Below are positions 52,573 to 64,000 of a DNA stretch of 64,000 nucleotides, piece after piece. How positions within the stretch are numbered: position 1 is the first letter of the stretch; each line of letters opens with the position of its first letter. Origin of the DNA: Lama guanicoe (Eukaryota). The translations under genes and the position numbers were made by a program. Location of the stretch: assembly GCA_013239625.1 (NCBI GenBank), contig MU053810.1, positions 434,001 through 498,000 on the forward strand. Reading direction: 5' to 3'. The notes under the pieces are model-generated. The model saw only the letters and a program-made list of their open reading frames with translations, was not told where the DNA came from and made no database searches.

Positions 52573-55500
52573 AATTCCTTATAAGCAGGCACTTAACAGA
52601 AAAGAAACAGAAAAGAGGAAATTGCTATTCCATCTCCCTGCTGCTAACATGTCAAAAGAACATAGAAAATGTATTCACCCAAGTGACAAGTAACAGTTAA
52701 AATAGTTGATAACCCAAAGATCCAGTCTGTAAGTGGACCTCCCATCCGGGAGCCAGCACTGGAAACAGCATGACTGCCTCTGGAGAGTGATGTGTAGGAA
52801 GCCACTGGAAACTAGGCCAGTCTGAGTGGATTGTCCAAAAGCATAAAGTAATTGCTGGGAGCCTGCCAGACCCACTGACTTAGAAGAATGACACCCTGGA
52901 CATGTGGAAAATGAGCACTTTAGTTCCAGCTCTGGGTGAGGGTGGAGAGGACGACCTATCAACAGAGCTCACCCCAAACAGACAGTCAGGGGCCCCATTC
53001 CCCACCGCCTTATCAGCAGCCCAGCCCGGACAGAAGAACATCATTCCAAAAGTTCATGGGTTCATTGGCTTTTGGAAATCACACACGCTTTCCTCAAAAA
53101 GGTGTTACAAATAGTTGTTGGATTTTTTTTTTCCAATCAGCTCCGTGAAAGACTTCACAGTTAAAGGTGTCACTGAAGGGATACCCCAAAGCCTGACCTC
53201 CGAGCCCAGCGGCTTGCTTTCTGGGTTGCAACAGCTAGGCAGCAAGATAAAGCACCCCGATGCCTCAGTTTCTCATATGTGAGTCAGAAATAATTGTACT
53301 TCCGTCTTGCTGCAGAGTGACAAGGATTAAGTGAGTGGATGCTTATTAAGCATTTCGATCATACCTGGTACAGAACAGGTGTTGAATTAACATTAGTGGT
53401 CATTATTATTTCCATGAAGGCCATGAGGTCACAGAGTAGGATCCCCAGGTGGGCCACAACAGGGAGTTTCAGCCTCGAAGGAGAGTGAGGAATCGCACAA
53501 GAAGCCTGTGACAGTGAGGAAGGACTTGGGAGAACCAACCTTCCAAAGTGGCCGTTCATTGAGCACTTGGTGTGTTCCAGGCAGCTGCAAAGAACTTTCC
53601 CTGCATCATCTCTTACAGCTCCCAACAGAGCTTTAAGCAAATTATTAGTGTGATCACTGTCACCTCCAGTTTGTTGATGAAACTGCGACTCAGAAAGATA
53701 AAGGCACCAACACATCTCTTCAATGGCCTCCCTTCAGGTGCCGTGCCCAGAAAATACAAGTGGCCTTTATAAGAAGAATGTCTCAGTCACAGATTTCATG
53801 TCAAGAAAACCACCAACAAACTTCCCACATCGTAAGAGAAAAAGGCTGAAGACATGAGCTTCAATGATCATCCTCTTCTCATCCTCCAAGAAACATTTAT
53901 TCCCTAGAGGATACAGGCTACATCTCCTGGGAAGGGGTTTTGACCCTCTTCTTTAGCAGAACATTCTCTGCACACTGCCACTCTGTCTCATTAATCCCTA
54001 GAGCCACTTCCAGGACCAAAAGCAGTGGGAACTATGCTGAGGCCATGGTGTCAGGTGGGAAATGGGCACTGAAATTTCTTGTGCTTGTGAAAATTGGTCT
54101 ACTTGTGCTTGTGATGACAATTCAGAAAGGAAGCAGATTGCCTCTTCACAGTTTTCAGGGGAATAGACATCAGTTATTGCTATATTAAGAGGCAAGATCT
54201 TAACTTGGTAACTGCCAAATCACTGCAGGGAGAGAGGTAGAAAGGGGCGCCTATGGGTGTTCACCGTGATTTTTTAGCAATTAAGGCTGGAAAGTTCAGC
54301 CAAGAAAGGGTGAATGGAGTTGGGGTGGAGAGACGGGCAAGAGCACTGGCATGTGAAGATGTTCCATCGCTCATAGGAGAGGTAGGAAAACCAGGCTCAG
54401 CCTTCTTCTTGGGGTTTAGTGTTAGCAAGAATCCCACTGATCAAAAAAGAGAGAGAACAAAGGCGAAGGAGCAGCAGATCCATGTAGACCAAAATGCATC
54501 AATAGCTGGTTGAAATCCACAAAGTTAAGAAAGTAACAGTTTTAGTGTTTTTAATGTCCCACAGGACATCTGGTCTACCTAAGTTAGCAACTATTTCTTG
54601 AACACCGACCAAGTGCCCAGCACTTGCAGTGTTGGGAAGTTTGTTGGCTGTAAACATTGTGATTCATTGAGACATCTTCACCCTGGGAACAGAGACAGAA
54701 TCTTCTTCTCTGACTAGAACAACTCACCTCAAAGTCAAGTTCTGCTTAGAAACAGAGAGGTGTCCTCTCCAGCCAAAGTTACTCCAAAGTCAAAGACTTG
54801 GCCGTAGGGGTTGCCTTCTTAAAACCACAGATTCTGAGGGGATTTAAATGTTGACAAATGGATATGTTTTGCTCCTAATGAATATGTTATTCCTCTTCTC
54901 AAGGTTTAATTTGCCTTTTAATAGTTTCCAGTTTTGTCCATTGCCATGGTTGCAAAGAAAACATCTTTAAATCCTTGAGAATCAAATTCAAGTCAGGAAA
55001 CTTTTTCCTACTTAATATTATAGGAACGTTTGTCAGGGAAGTGCTCTGGCACTCAGTCAGAACCCCCCCTCATAAATTGGAGAATTTTCTCGAGGCAGAT
55101 TACCATATGCTGGACAATAAAATCTCTACCTCTTGCAGGCTGTTTCTTTTTCTTAATAAGAAATTCTCCGTTCTTAGGTGCACTTTACAAAAACTGCAAT
55201 TAATTTTGCAGGCGTAAGTGCACCAAAAGCCTTACGTATAATACTAATGAAAGTTTTTTTTTCAGTAAAAAAAGCATAACAAAAATGTACCAAGTTCATT
55301 TAGGATCATTTATATTGGCAAAACACTCTAGATTAATTGTAATATAATTAACAAAGAAAAATATTTTATCAAAGAAAATTTGTATTTAAATATTTGACAT
55401 CTCAAGATTACTTTATCCAATCACTTTATACATCATCAGCTAGCATTTGGGTGAGGAAGGGGCAAAGATGTAATATTTGCCCTCAAGGATCTAAATTCTG

Positions 55501-55780
55501 TACTTGGGACCCAAACTATTCTAATGAATACAGCCCTGATTGGGAGTGGGGGAAATAACCTGGTGAAATTTGGCAGATGCTGTTAACACGAGTACATGCC
55601 GAGTTCTGTGGGAGTGCAGAAGAGTGAGGGGTCTTTTGAACAGATCTTAAAAGAGAAGTGAGAATTCGACCGGTCGGGGTTGGGGTGGCAACATTCCAGG
55701 CAGAGCAAAGATTATCAAGAGCAAGCAACAAAGATGAGAACAAACACGCCATTGGGGGTGGGGGAACCTCAAATGTCTAC

Positions 55781-56135
55781 TGTGTCTTAGTTCATTCAGG
55801 CTATTACAGGAAGATACCACGGACTGACAGCCTAACAAGAGGAGTTTACTTCTCACAGCTCTGGAGGCTAGAAGTCCAAGGCTCCCGCAGATTCTGTGCC
55901 TGGTGGGGGGGCGGGCCTGATTCCTGGTCCACAGATGGCCACCTTCTTCGTGTCTTCACATGGTGGAGGGGCAGGGGGCTCTCTGGGGCCTCTTATAAGG
56001 GCACTGGTCCCATTATGAAGGCTCCACCCTCACGACCTCATTCCTCACAAAGCGCCTCATCTTCTAACACCATCCCATTGCAGGTTAGGTCTCAACATAT
56101 GAATTTTGGGGGGGACACGGGCATTCCATCTGTAG
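55781..56135. mobile_element. MaLR MLT1-like solo LTR
   Basis: tgtgtcttagttcattcaggctattaca...tctcacagctctggaggctagaagtccaag...tgaattttggggggacac. Confidence 0.88.
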
Positions 56136-56260
56136 TTTACTGTGTCCATGTGTAATGTGCACTGGGGGGGATGTTGTAAGAGAGTAAAAAAGAAGATGGT
56201 GACAAATCAAAAGGTTCCAAGTATGTCATGTTAAGGAAGGATCAGAAATGGGGAGATTGA

Positions 56261-56345
56261 GGGGGGCAGGTGTAGCTCAGTGGCAGGGTGCACGCTTAGC
56301 ACGCACCAGGTCCTGGGCTCAATCCCCAGTACCTCCATTTAAAAC
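56261..56345 (+). mobile_element. Vic-1-like SINE, short form
   Basis: ggggggcaggtgtagctcagtggcagggtgcacgcttagc...tcaatccccagtacctcc; atgggga..ttga on both flanks. Confidence 0.87.
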
Positions 56346-57939
56346 AACATGGGGAAGTTGAGGTTTGTAGTCATTACATTTAGCACCTAAGGTCACTCTC
56401 ACAAGAATTGGACTCGAGGAGGAACTCTATCCTTCTCCTTCCTGCTAGGGCAGGAATGAGGAAAGAGGAAGCACCCAGAGGCGGACCGAAAAGACTGAAG
56501 TCTTTAGCGATGGGCTGTGTGGTTTCTCCTTGTCCCTCCTGCACCTTGCCCACCCCCCACCCCGCGGTGAGAGCAGGACTGATTCTGGGCGGTCCTTGTT
56601 CACACACAGCCCGGTTCCACCACCAGACCGGCCGGCAAACCCAGCCGTTTCTCACCGTGGACGCCATGGAGCTAAGCGGAGCCCGCCTGCAGCGTCTGCA
56701 TCACCTACGTCACTGGCCTTGGGCCCTGGGAGGCCCTCCTAGGGGAGAGCTGGCAGCGTGCGCTTCCGGACCAAAAAGAAGCATGCTCTCTGTGCTGGCC
56801 CTCACTCTGGGAACATGAAGGCTCACCAGAACTACAGAAATTGCCCTCCAAGATTTCAACCACATTCACAGGGGAGCTGCGGCGAGTAGCCCACGTGGCC
56901 TCCGGAGATCCTTGAGAACAGTCGAGCCTGATGGATTTGTGCGGTCAAACAGGAAGTCAGAACTCGTGCAGGGTTTGTATGTGGGCCCCCTCCATAAGCA
57001 AAATTCTTCTTAGGTCTACACTACCTGTGACCACCAAGCCACCTCCTGCCCGGATTGCTGAAATCACAGTGCTCAAGCCCTAACTCCCATCACTGCTTCT
57101 GTAACTCAGACAAACCACTACACTACTCAGGCAGGCAAGGACCCTTGCTTATGCAAGGGAGATTCTAGGACCCGCCTTCAGTGGTTTTTGCCAGCACCAT
57201 GTGAGATGATTCAGGTAGAAGGGATTGTAAAATGTCAAATAGGATATAGAATGTTAGTTATCGTAAGATTAATTACTATTGCCTACAGCTCAAATCTCAT
57301 CAGACACTGAGCATTTTCAGTTGCATATGAAGGAAAGGACCCATACCCCTTCTCAGGTGGAGTCTAGAAACAGTATAGGAAAGCCTGTTTTCCATTGATT
57401 ACCCCAATCTCACATCGGATGGCCTTGTCACAGGTTTTTCTGGCAGAACTTTTGAGTCCAAAGCGCAATTCAGCATAAACAAAGACCTGGCTCTGATCCA
57501 GCAGTGAATCAATTAATTAATTCTTCCCCCATCCATTAACCTTGGGCCTGAAGCAGTGACTTAGCATTGGCGGGATTCAAGAATTCTCTAGCTATTGGAG
57601 ATGCCTTGAGGACTAGCGGAAAAAAAAAAAAAGGCTGGCAGCCCTGGGTCTCCTGAAAAAAAAGTGGCCAAAATGACTGTGACTGTCGGCTGTCTGGACA
57701 CCTTAGTTTTGGTCTAGTCTCCCAGCAGGTTCTACATATCAACATGATGAGAGAAAACGGGGAAACAGAGAGAAAACACAAATGAGAGAGACAGATGCTC
57801 TTGGTGTCGTTATACACTGGATGCAGGTAATTTTATTACAACACTCAAGTTTAAGCATTAGCTTTCCAGATATGTGTGCTCCCTGCCCCTACCCATCCTT
57901 CCCCCAACCTTTCTTAGACTTTTTCCTTTTGTAATTGTG

Positions 57940-58130
57940 TTTTTTAAAAAAAACTAAAAAAACACAGCACGTGACATGCAGCATCTTAATCATTTTCACA
58001 TGTCCTGTCCAGTTCAGCGGCGTGAGATAGGTGCACATTGTCGTGCAACCGATCTCCAGAATTTTTTCATCATGTAGGACTGAAGCTCTGTACCCATTAA
58101 ACAGCTCCCCACTTCCCATCCCCCCTTTCA
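57940..58130 (-). mobile_element. L1MB-type 3' end
   Basis: cacattgtcgtgcaacc...ctccagaattttttcatc...ctctgtacccattaaacagctccc, the reverse complement of 18380-18520-like sequence. Confidence 0.75.
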
Positions 58131-58136
58131 CAGACT

Positions 58137-58278
58137 TATTTTATTTTTTAACATTTTTTGAGGGGAGGAGATAATCAGGTTTACGTATGTATTTATTTTT
58201 AATGGCGGTACTGGGGATTGAACCCTGGACCTTGTGCATGCTAGGCATGTACCCTACCACTGAGCTATACCACACCCC
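58137..58278 (-). mobile_element. Vic-1-like SINE, long form
   Basis: ggtactggggattgaaccctggaccttgtgcatgctaggcatg...accactgagctatacc. Confidence 0.87.
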
Positions 58279-59039
58279 ACCCCCCGACTTTTAAATCTCT
58301 AGTATTTCCTTCCAACTATTTTGTTTTTCAAGATACCTCCCACCTATAGACTGCCCTGGCCCTTTCTAAGATCTAATGACTGGCCTCATTATAACTGCCT
58401 TAGAGTTCTAGAATCATCTCTGTTGGACTTAAAAACAAAAACAAGCATTTCTTTCAGTGGGGAAGCCTTCGGAGGGGCAGCTGAGGTCCATGTGGGCGTG
58501 GGAAACGGAGCCCCCTCTGGGAGGAGAGCGCTCAGAGAAGGCAGGTCTTGAGCCAACCCTGTGACTCTGACTGTCTCAGGCATTATTCAGAAAGTAAAAA
58601 TTAAAAGGGAGGGATCCGCTGGTCAAATTGGCTGAGAAAACTTGGGTGACTCGAAGTTAAAAAGTAAAGGCCCTGCCGGTGGCTCGGAGCCTCGGCCATG
58701 CCGGTGAGGAAGGCAGCGGTTCACAGAAGCTCAGGCTCAGGCGAGGGGCCTTTGAGGAGCTCGCCCACCACTGTGTGAGAGCCAGGCGATGGGGGCAGAG
58801 CCCGTGAGCTGGGCGGGACTGGGGGGTTCTTCTCTGTGGGAGGAAGGGTCGCACTTTCTCCTGGGACGTTTTCACACTTAGGAAACTGTGTTTGTCAGAA
58901 AAAGCCACAAAGACCAGTCCTTCTGGGCGTAGGGGGTGTAAAAGTTAACTCGTCCAGTCTTAGAGATCTGCCCAATCTTTCCCCTTGCCAGACAAAGGGC
59001 AGCCCAGACTCCCGGGTATACAGTAGGTGCTCATAGATG

Positions 59040-59305
59040 CTGTTGGTTTTAGTTCAGGCCGCCATCACAAAATACCACTGACTGGGCGGCCAGTGCCTCC
59101 GTCCCTTCCTCTTCTTGTAAGGCCACTAACTGTTACCACGAGAATCTCACCTTTACGACCTCACCTAACTCCCCTTCTTACCAGGTCTAACCCACCTTGA
59201 GGACCTAATCACCTCCCAAAGGTCCCACCTCCAAACACCGTCACCCTGGGAGTTAGGACTGTAACCTATGAAAGGGGAGAAACATGAACATTCAGTCCAT
59301 GGCTG
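59040..59305. mobile_element. MaLR MLT1-like LTR, internally deleted
   Basis: ttagttcaggccgccatcacaaaataccac...gacctaatcacctcccaaaggtcccacctccaaacacc...aacattcagtccat. Confidence 0.75.
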
Positions 59306-60599
59306 TGCTGACAGTTTTGTTGGAGGAACGGTCAGCCCTATTCTAATGAAGGTAGGAGAGAAGGGAATTGGACGTTAAAAGACAGAAGACATGGTAGGGA
59401 AAACTGTGCTATGAAGTCCTTTACTGGTCTACAGCTATGGGTGTACCAAGAGATAAATTATGTCCCTTGTTGGTATAATGATATCTAATAAATCGCCCTC
59501 TGTTTCATCTATATTTTGCTTTGTTACACATTTTGTACTTCCAAAAGGATTTGAGGCATCTTCTTAAAATAAAAGCTTAGACACCAGAAACTGTGGAGAA
59601 AAAAGATGGTCGTAATTATACCAGGAACCAGGGGTGGGCAAGTATTGTGATTAAACACCAAATTTAGTTCATTCTGAGCATCTTGGGGGCTAAAAAAATG
59701 TGATGGCTTCGTCTTCAGATAATAAAGAAGAGTTTTTTCTCACTAAAATTAAACTCTAAAAGGAATGTGTTATTAAATCCAAGCAAGAGCAAAAACATAC
59801 ATTTATTCACGTGGCTGGCTCTTGTATGGGCCCTTGATAAAAAGCCAAGGGCGTGGAATACTGACTTGCAGCTAAGTAAGGAGGACGCCACAGGTCTGCG
59901 CATATTCCCGTCTGATCACCAACCTTAGTACAAGGGTGAGAGTCAGAGGAGGCAAGACCAGGGCCTCTGAGTATGCCCCCCCACCCCACCCCCCTGAACT
60001 TGCATCACATTCAGCTGAACTGCTGATAAAATGTAGATTCTTGGATGGACCCAAGCCCCTGAATCAGACTACTGGGAGGGAAGGGCTCAAAATCAACATT
60101 TTGGAAACTGCTTCGGTGGTGGTGATGCCCACGGAAGTTTGAGACACTGATCTGGAACAGGAAGTGTGTGTACAGCCCATAAACATTTTCTTTCTATTCC
60201 TTAGTTACCTGATGCCAGCTCCCAGAATGGATACACTGTTGTGAAAATTAAGGGATCTGACAAATATTCTCTTTCTCAAACAAAAGCCACTGTTCCCCAA
60301 GCAGCAGGACCCCAGTTTTTCTCAACAAAGGAATGAGCCTGCCAGAAACCTCTCGAGAGCATCTAGGTACAGCCCAGCGTCTGCGCCAGCAAGCGCAGAA
60401 AAGACAACTTAGCCTGCCCTTCAAGGTGTTAGCCGTCCACTGCCGTGATCATAAAATGATTTCGGGGGTGCCTAACGTATACGTAATAGTGAGAAGCAGT
60501 TTTTCCTGTGTGCCCATCACAATAAACAGGTGAGATGGGGTGGCCCCTGAATACCAGCTTTAATAACAGATTGTAAAAGCAACCAATGAGATGTTCTTG

Positions 60600-60750
60600 A
60601 GGAAGGAGCTGATTGTTAAATAGTCAGGAACGTGGTGAGCCAGTTGTAAAATGTTGGTAGCTTGAAATCGGCCATGGAAATCAGCAAATGCTGTAAATCA
60701 GGCTCAATTTTTTCCCCCTTGGAGAGCTGGTTTACCAGGGTACCACCAAT
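60600..60750. mobile_element. MER63-like DNA element remnant
   Basis: gagctgattgttaaat...gagccagttgt...ggtagcttgaaatcggccatgg...gagagctggtttaccag. Confidence 0.55.
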
Positions 60751-61050
60751 GCGGACAGAGGAATGGATGGGAACCACACAGAGCAGTCATGTCACTTTCC
60801 TGAAACATGTGACAAGGACACTCACTCGTCCTTCCCACATGGACACTCTCTCTTGTCCTTTATCCAGCATTCCCTCAGGTAATGGCCTGTGTCCAAGGCT
60901 GCAGTTCCCCAAGCAGTCAGGTGCATCTGAATTTTACTTAGACAGGCTCAATGTAGTTGATTTGTAAGAGTTGCTAAAAACAAACAAACAAAAAGGAAAG
61001 AAAAAAAATCAGCCCTCTAGTGGATATATTTATTTCATTAAGAACGATGC

Positions 61051-61615
61051 TCTTTGTAGTATAGTTGGAAGCCAGGGAGTGTAAATCCTCCTGATCTGTT
61101 CTTTCTCAAGATTGTTTTGGCTCTTCAGGGTCTTATGTGTTCCTATACAAATTAAAAAAAATATTTTGTTCCAGTTCTGTGAAAAAATGCCATTTGATAG
61201 GGATAGCATTAAATCTGTAGATGGCTTTGGGTAGTATGGCCATTTAAACAATATTAATTCTTCCAACCCAAGAACATGGGATACCTTCCCATGGCTTTAA
61301 GTCATCTTTAATTTCCTCAGTGCTTTGTAGTTCTCCGCGTGTAAGTCTTTCACTTCCTTGGTCAGGGTTATTCCTAAGTATTTTATTTTTTTGGATGCAA
61401 TTTTAAAAGGGATTGTTTCTTTACTTTCCTTTTCTGATATTTAATTGTACTCATTTTCTTTTAGTGTAAAGAAATGCTACTGATTTTTGTATGTTAATCT
61501 TGTATCTTGCTACATTGCCAAATTCTTTTATCAGCTCTAATAGATTTTGTGTGGAGCCTTTAAGATTTTCTATATATAGTATTATGTCATCCGCATATAG
61601 TGATGATTTTACTCT
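61051..61615 (-). mobile_element. Inverted 5' segment of a LINE-1 (ORF2 RT region)
   Basis: Minus-strand translation [49 protein letters not shown] contains the RT YADD motif. Confidence 0.93.
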
Positions 61616-63025
61616 ATTAATCTTTGACAAAGGAGGCAAGAATAATGGAGTAAAGGCAGTCTCTTCAGTAAATGGTGTTGGGAAAACTGGACAGCTGCAT
61701 ATAAATCAATGAAGTTAGAACACTCCCTCACCCCATACACACAAATAAACTCAAAATGGCTTAAAGACTTAAAAATAAGACAAGACACTGTAGCTCTTAG
61801 AAGAAAACATAAGCAAAACATTCTCTGACACAAATCTTAGCAATGTTCTCCTAGGGCAGTCTACCCAGGCAACAGAAATAAAAGCAAAAATAAACAAATA
61901 GGACCTAATTAAACTTATAAGCTTTTGCACAGCAAAGGAAACCATAAGCAAAATAAAAAGGCAACCTATGAAATGGGAGAAAATATTTGCAAAAGATGAG
62001 ACTGACAAGGGCTTAATCTCCCAAATATATAAATAGCTCATACAACTCAATAAGAAAAAAACAAATAACCCAATCCTAAAATGGGCAAAAGACCTAAACA
62101 AGGAATTCTCCAAAGAAGTTTCATACAGATGGCCAATAGGCACATGAAAAATGCTCAATATTACTAATTATCAGAGAAATGCAAATCAAAACTATAGTGA
62201 GGTATCACCTCAGCAATCAGAATGGCCATCATTCAAAAGTCCACAAACAATAAATGCTGGAGAGGGTGTGGAGAAAAGGGAACCCTCCTACACTGTTTTT
62301 GGAAATGTAGTTTGGTGCAGCCATCATGGAAAACAGTATAGAGAGTCCTCAAAAAAAAAAAAATAAAAATAGACTTATCATATAATCCAGCAATCCACTC
62401 CTGGGCATATATCCAGAGGGAACTTTAATTCAAAAAGATACAAGCACCCCAATGTTCATAGCAGCACTATTTACAATAGCCAAGACATAGAAACAATCTA
62501 AGTGTCCTTAAACAGATGACTGGATAAAGAAGTTGTGGTATATTTATACAATGGAATACTACTTAGCCATAAAAAAGAATAAAATAATGCCATTTGCAGC
62601 AACATGGATGGACCTGAAGCTCATCATCCTAAGTGAACTAAGCCAGAAAGAGAAAGAAAAATACCATATGATACCACTTACATGTGGAATCTAAAAAGAG
62701 ACAAATGAACTTATTTACAAAACAGAAACAGATTCACAGACATAGAAAACAAACTTATGGTTACCAGGGTGGGAAGGGGACAAGAAGGGATAAAGTGGGA
62801 GTTTGAGATTTGCAGATACTAACTACTATATATAAAATAGATAAACAACAAGTTTATACTGTACAGCTCAGGGACCTATATTCAGTATCTTGTAACTTAT
62901 GGTGAAAAAGAATATGAAAATGAATATATGTATGTATATATATGACTGAACTATTATGCTGTACACCAGAAATTGACACAACATTGTAAACTGACTATAT
63001 ATAGTTTAATGAAAAAAAAAAAGGA
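61616..63025 (+). mobile_element. Sense 3' segment of the same LINE-1 (ORF2 C-terminal part, 3' UTR, poly(A))
   Basis: Begins LIFDKGGKN; includes tgctggagagggtgtggagaaaagggaaccc; 3' UTR and A tail; frameshifted. Confidence 0.95.
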
Positions 63026-64000
63026 AACAAAAAAGTTTCCATGTTTGTATATATGCATTCATGGAACCAAAAAACTGAAATGCATTTGGCAAAATAGTAG
63101 GAATTGTTATGAATGCATGATGTGATTTCAGGTGACTGTGTTCTTTTTGTTATCCACATGTTGAATATACGCAAATTGATCATGTTATTTGCATAGCAAA
63201 AATAAGACAGTTTTTAAAAGGGTTCTTCACCAATGCAAAAGAAAATAAGGGACAAGACTAGTCTTTGTATATGACTGATTGTCAATTTCATCCATGTCAA
63301 ACAAAGGTGTGTGTGGACGTGCACACACCAAAGCTGGAAGAGAAAGGGTAGCAGTTTCTGGAGTACCCAGATTTTTAACTTTCTACCTGTGTCTCATCTA
63401 TCTGCCCACAAGCCTTCTCTACTGGTGAGAGCATTCCAACTTCATTCAGGTCTGAGAGGCGCTATTATCTGAGTGATCAGCTAAACACACAAAGCAATAA
63501 TGGACAACCGCTGTGGTCCAAACGAACTAACCAGAAATGGCCAAGTGAGAAAAGCCGGGCCCCCTCAGAAAGTCAAACTCTAACACCCTTCTCTTCGGGC
63601 ATCTGCTTTCCTCCCCTTTCAGCATATTTTAATTCACTTGTCCCTCATGTATCTTTGCATACTCCCCTCATTAGACAAAGCATTGAAATATCAAGAGCAA
63701 GGATAGTACCCCCCTCCCCGCACCCCGCTTTCATTCTCCGGTCCTATTTGGACTTTAGCCAGTTGTCTTTAACTCAGAACAACACTGGTCACAGGAAGAA
63801 ACTGCTGCCCCTGGGATGGGTGTCCCCAGTCTAAGATGGTAAGAGGCATGTATATGGCAGACAGAACGATTAACATCACACCCAGCTGGTGGTCCCGGGG
63901 CACAGTTGGGAACCCCGTGATTCAGTACATCAATACCCAACACATCAAACCTCCACTCTAGCAAACAATGGTGCAGGATATCTGTTTTCCCTGAGACCAG

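Noticed and set aside
61451..62366. RT-like ORFs as an active or novel reverse transcriptase system
   Set aside because: Frameshifted, truncated and inverted pieces of ordinary L1 ORF2.

Overview
Mammalian genomic DNA, most likely camelid: six Vic-1-like tRNA-derived SINEs, and no Alu, Bov-A/BovB or PRE-1 recognised. The only protein-coding sequence I can support is the first coding exon of CAMK1D on the minus strand (28182-28091; [30 protein letters not shown], then a GTAAGT donor) inside a CpG island at ~27.4-29.5 kb. Bases 1-28090 are part of the large CAMK1D intron 1; bases ~29500-64000 are upstream intergenic sequence. The rest is dispersed repeats (LINE-1 3' ends, old L1M, L2, MIR, MaLR/ERV solo LTRs, Tigger1 and MER DNA elements). 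The most informative structures are retrotransposition products readable base by base: a U6 snRNA-L1 chimeric retrocopy with a perfect 18-bp TSD, a 2-kb twin-primed inverted L1, a ~130-bp L1 with a 25-nt inversion, a probable 3' transduction and a tailless L1 fragment inside an LTR. There are also a few candidate enhancer motif clusters. I found no convincing new gene or previously undescribed system; the other listed ORFs look like chance or repeat-derived frames. Repeat family names come from recognition, not a database search.
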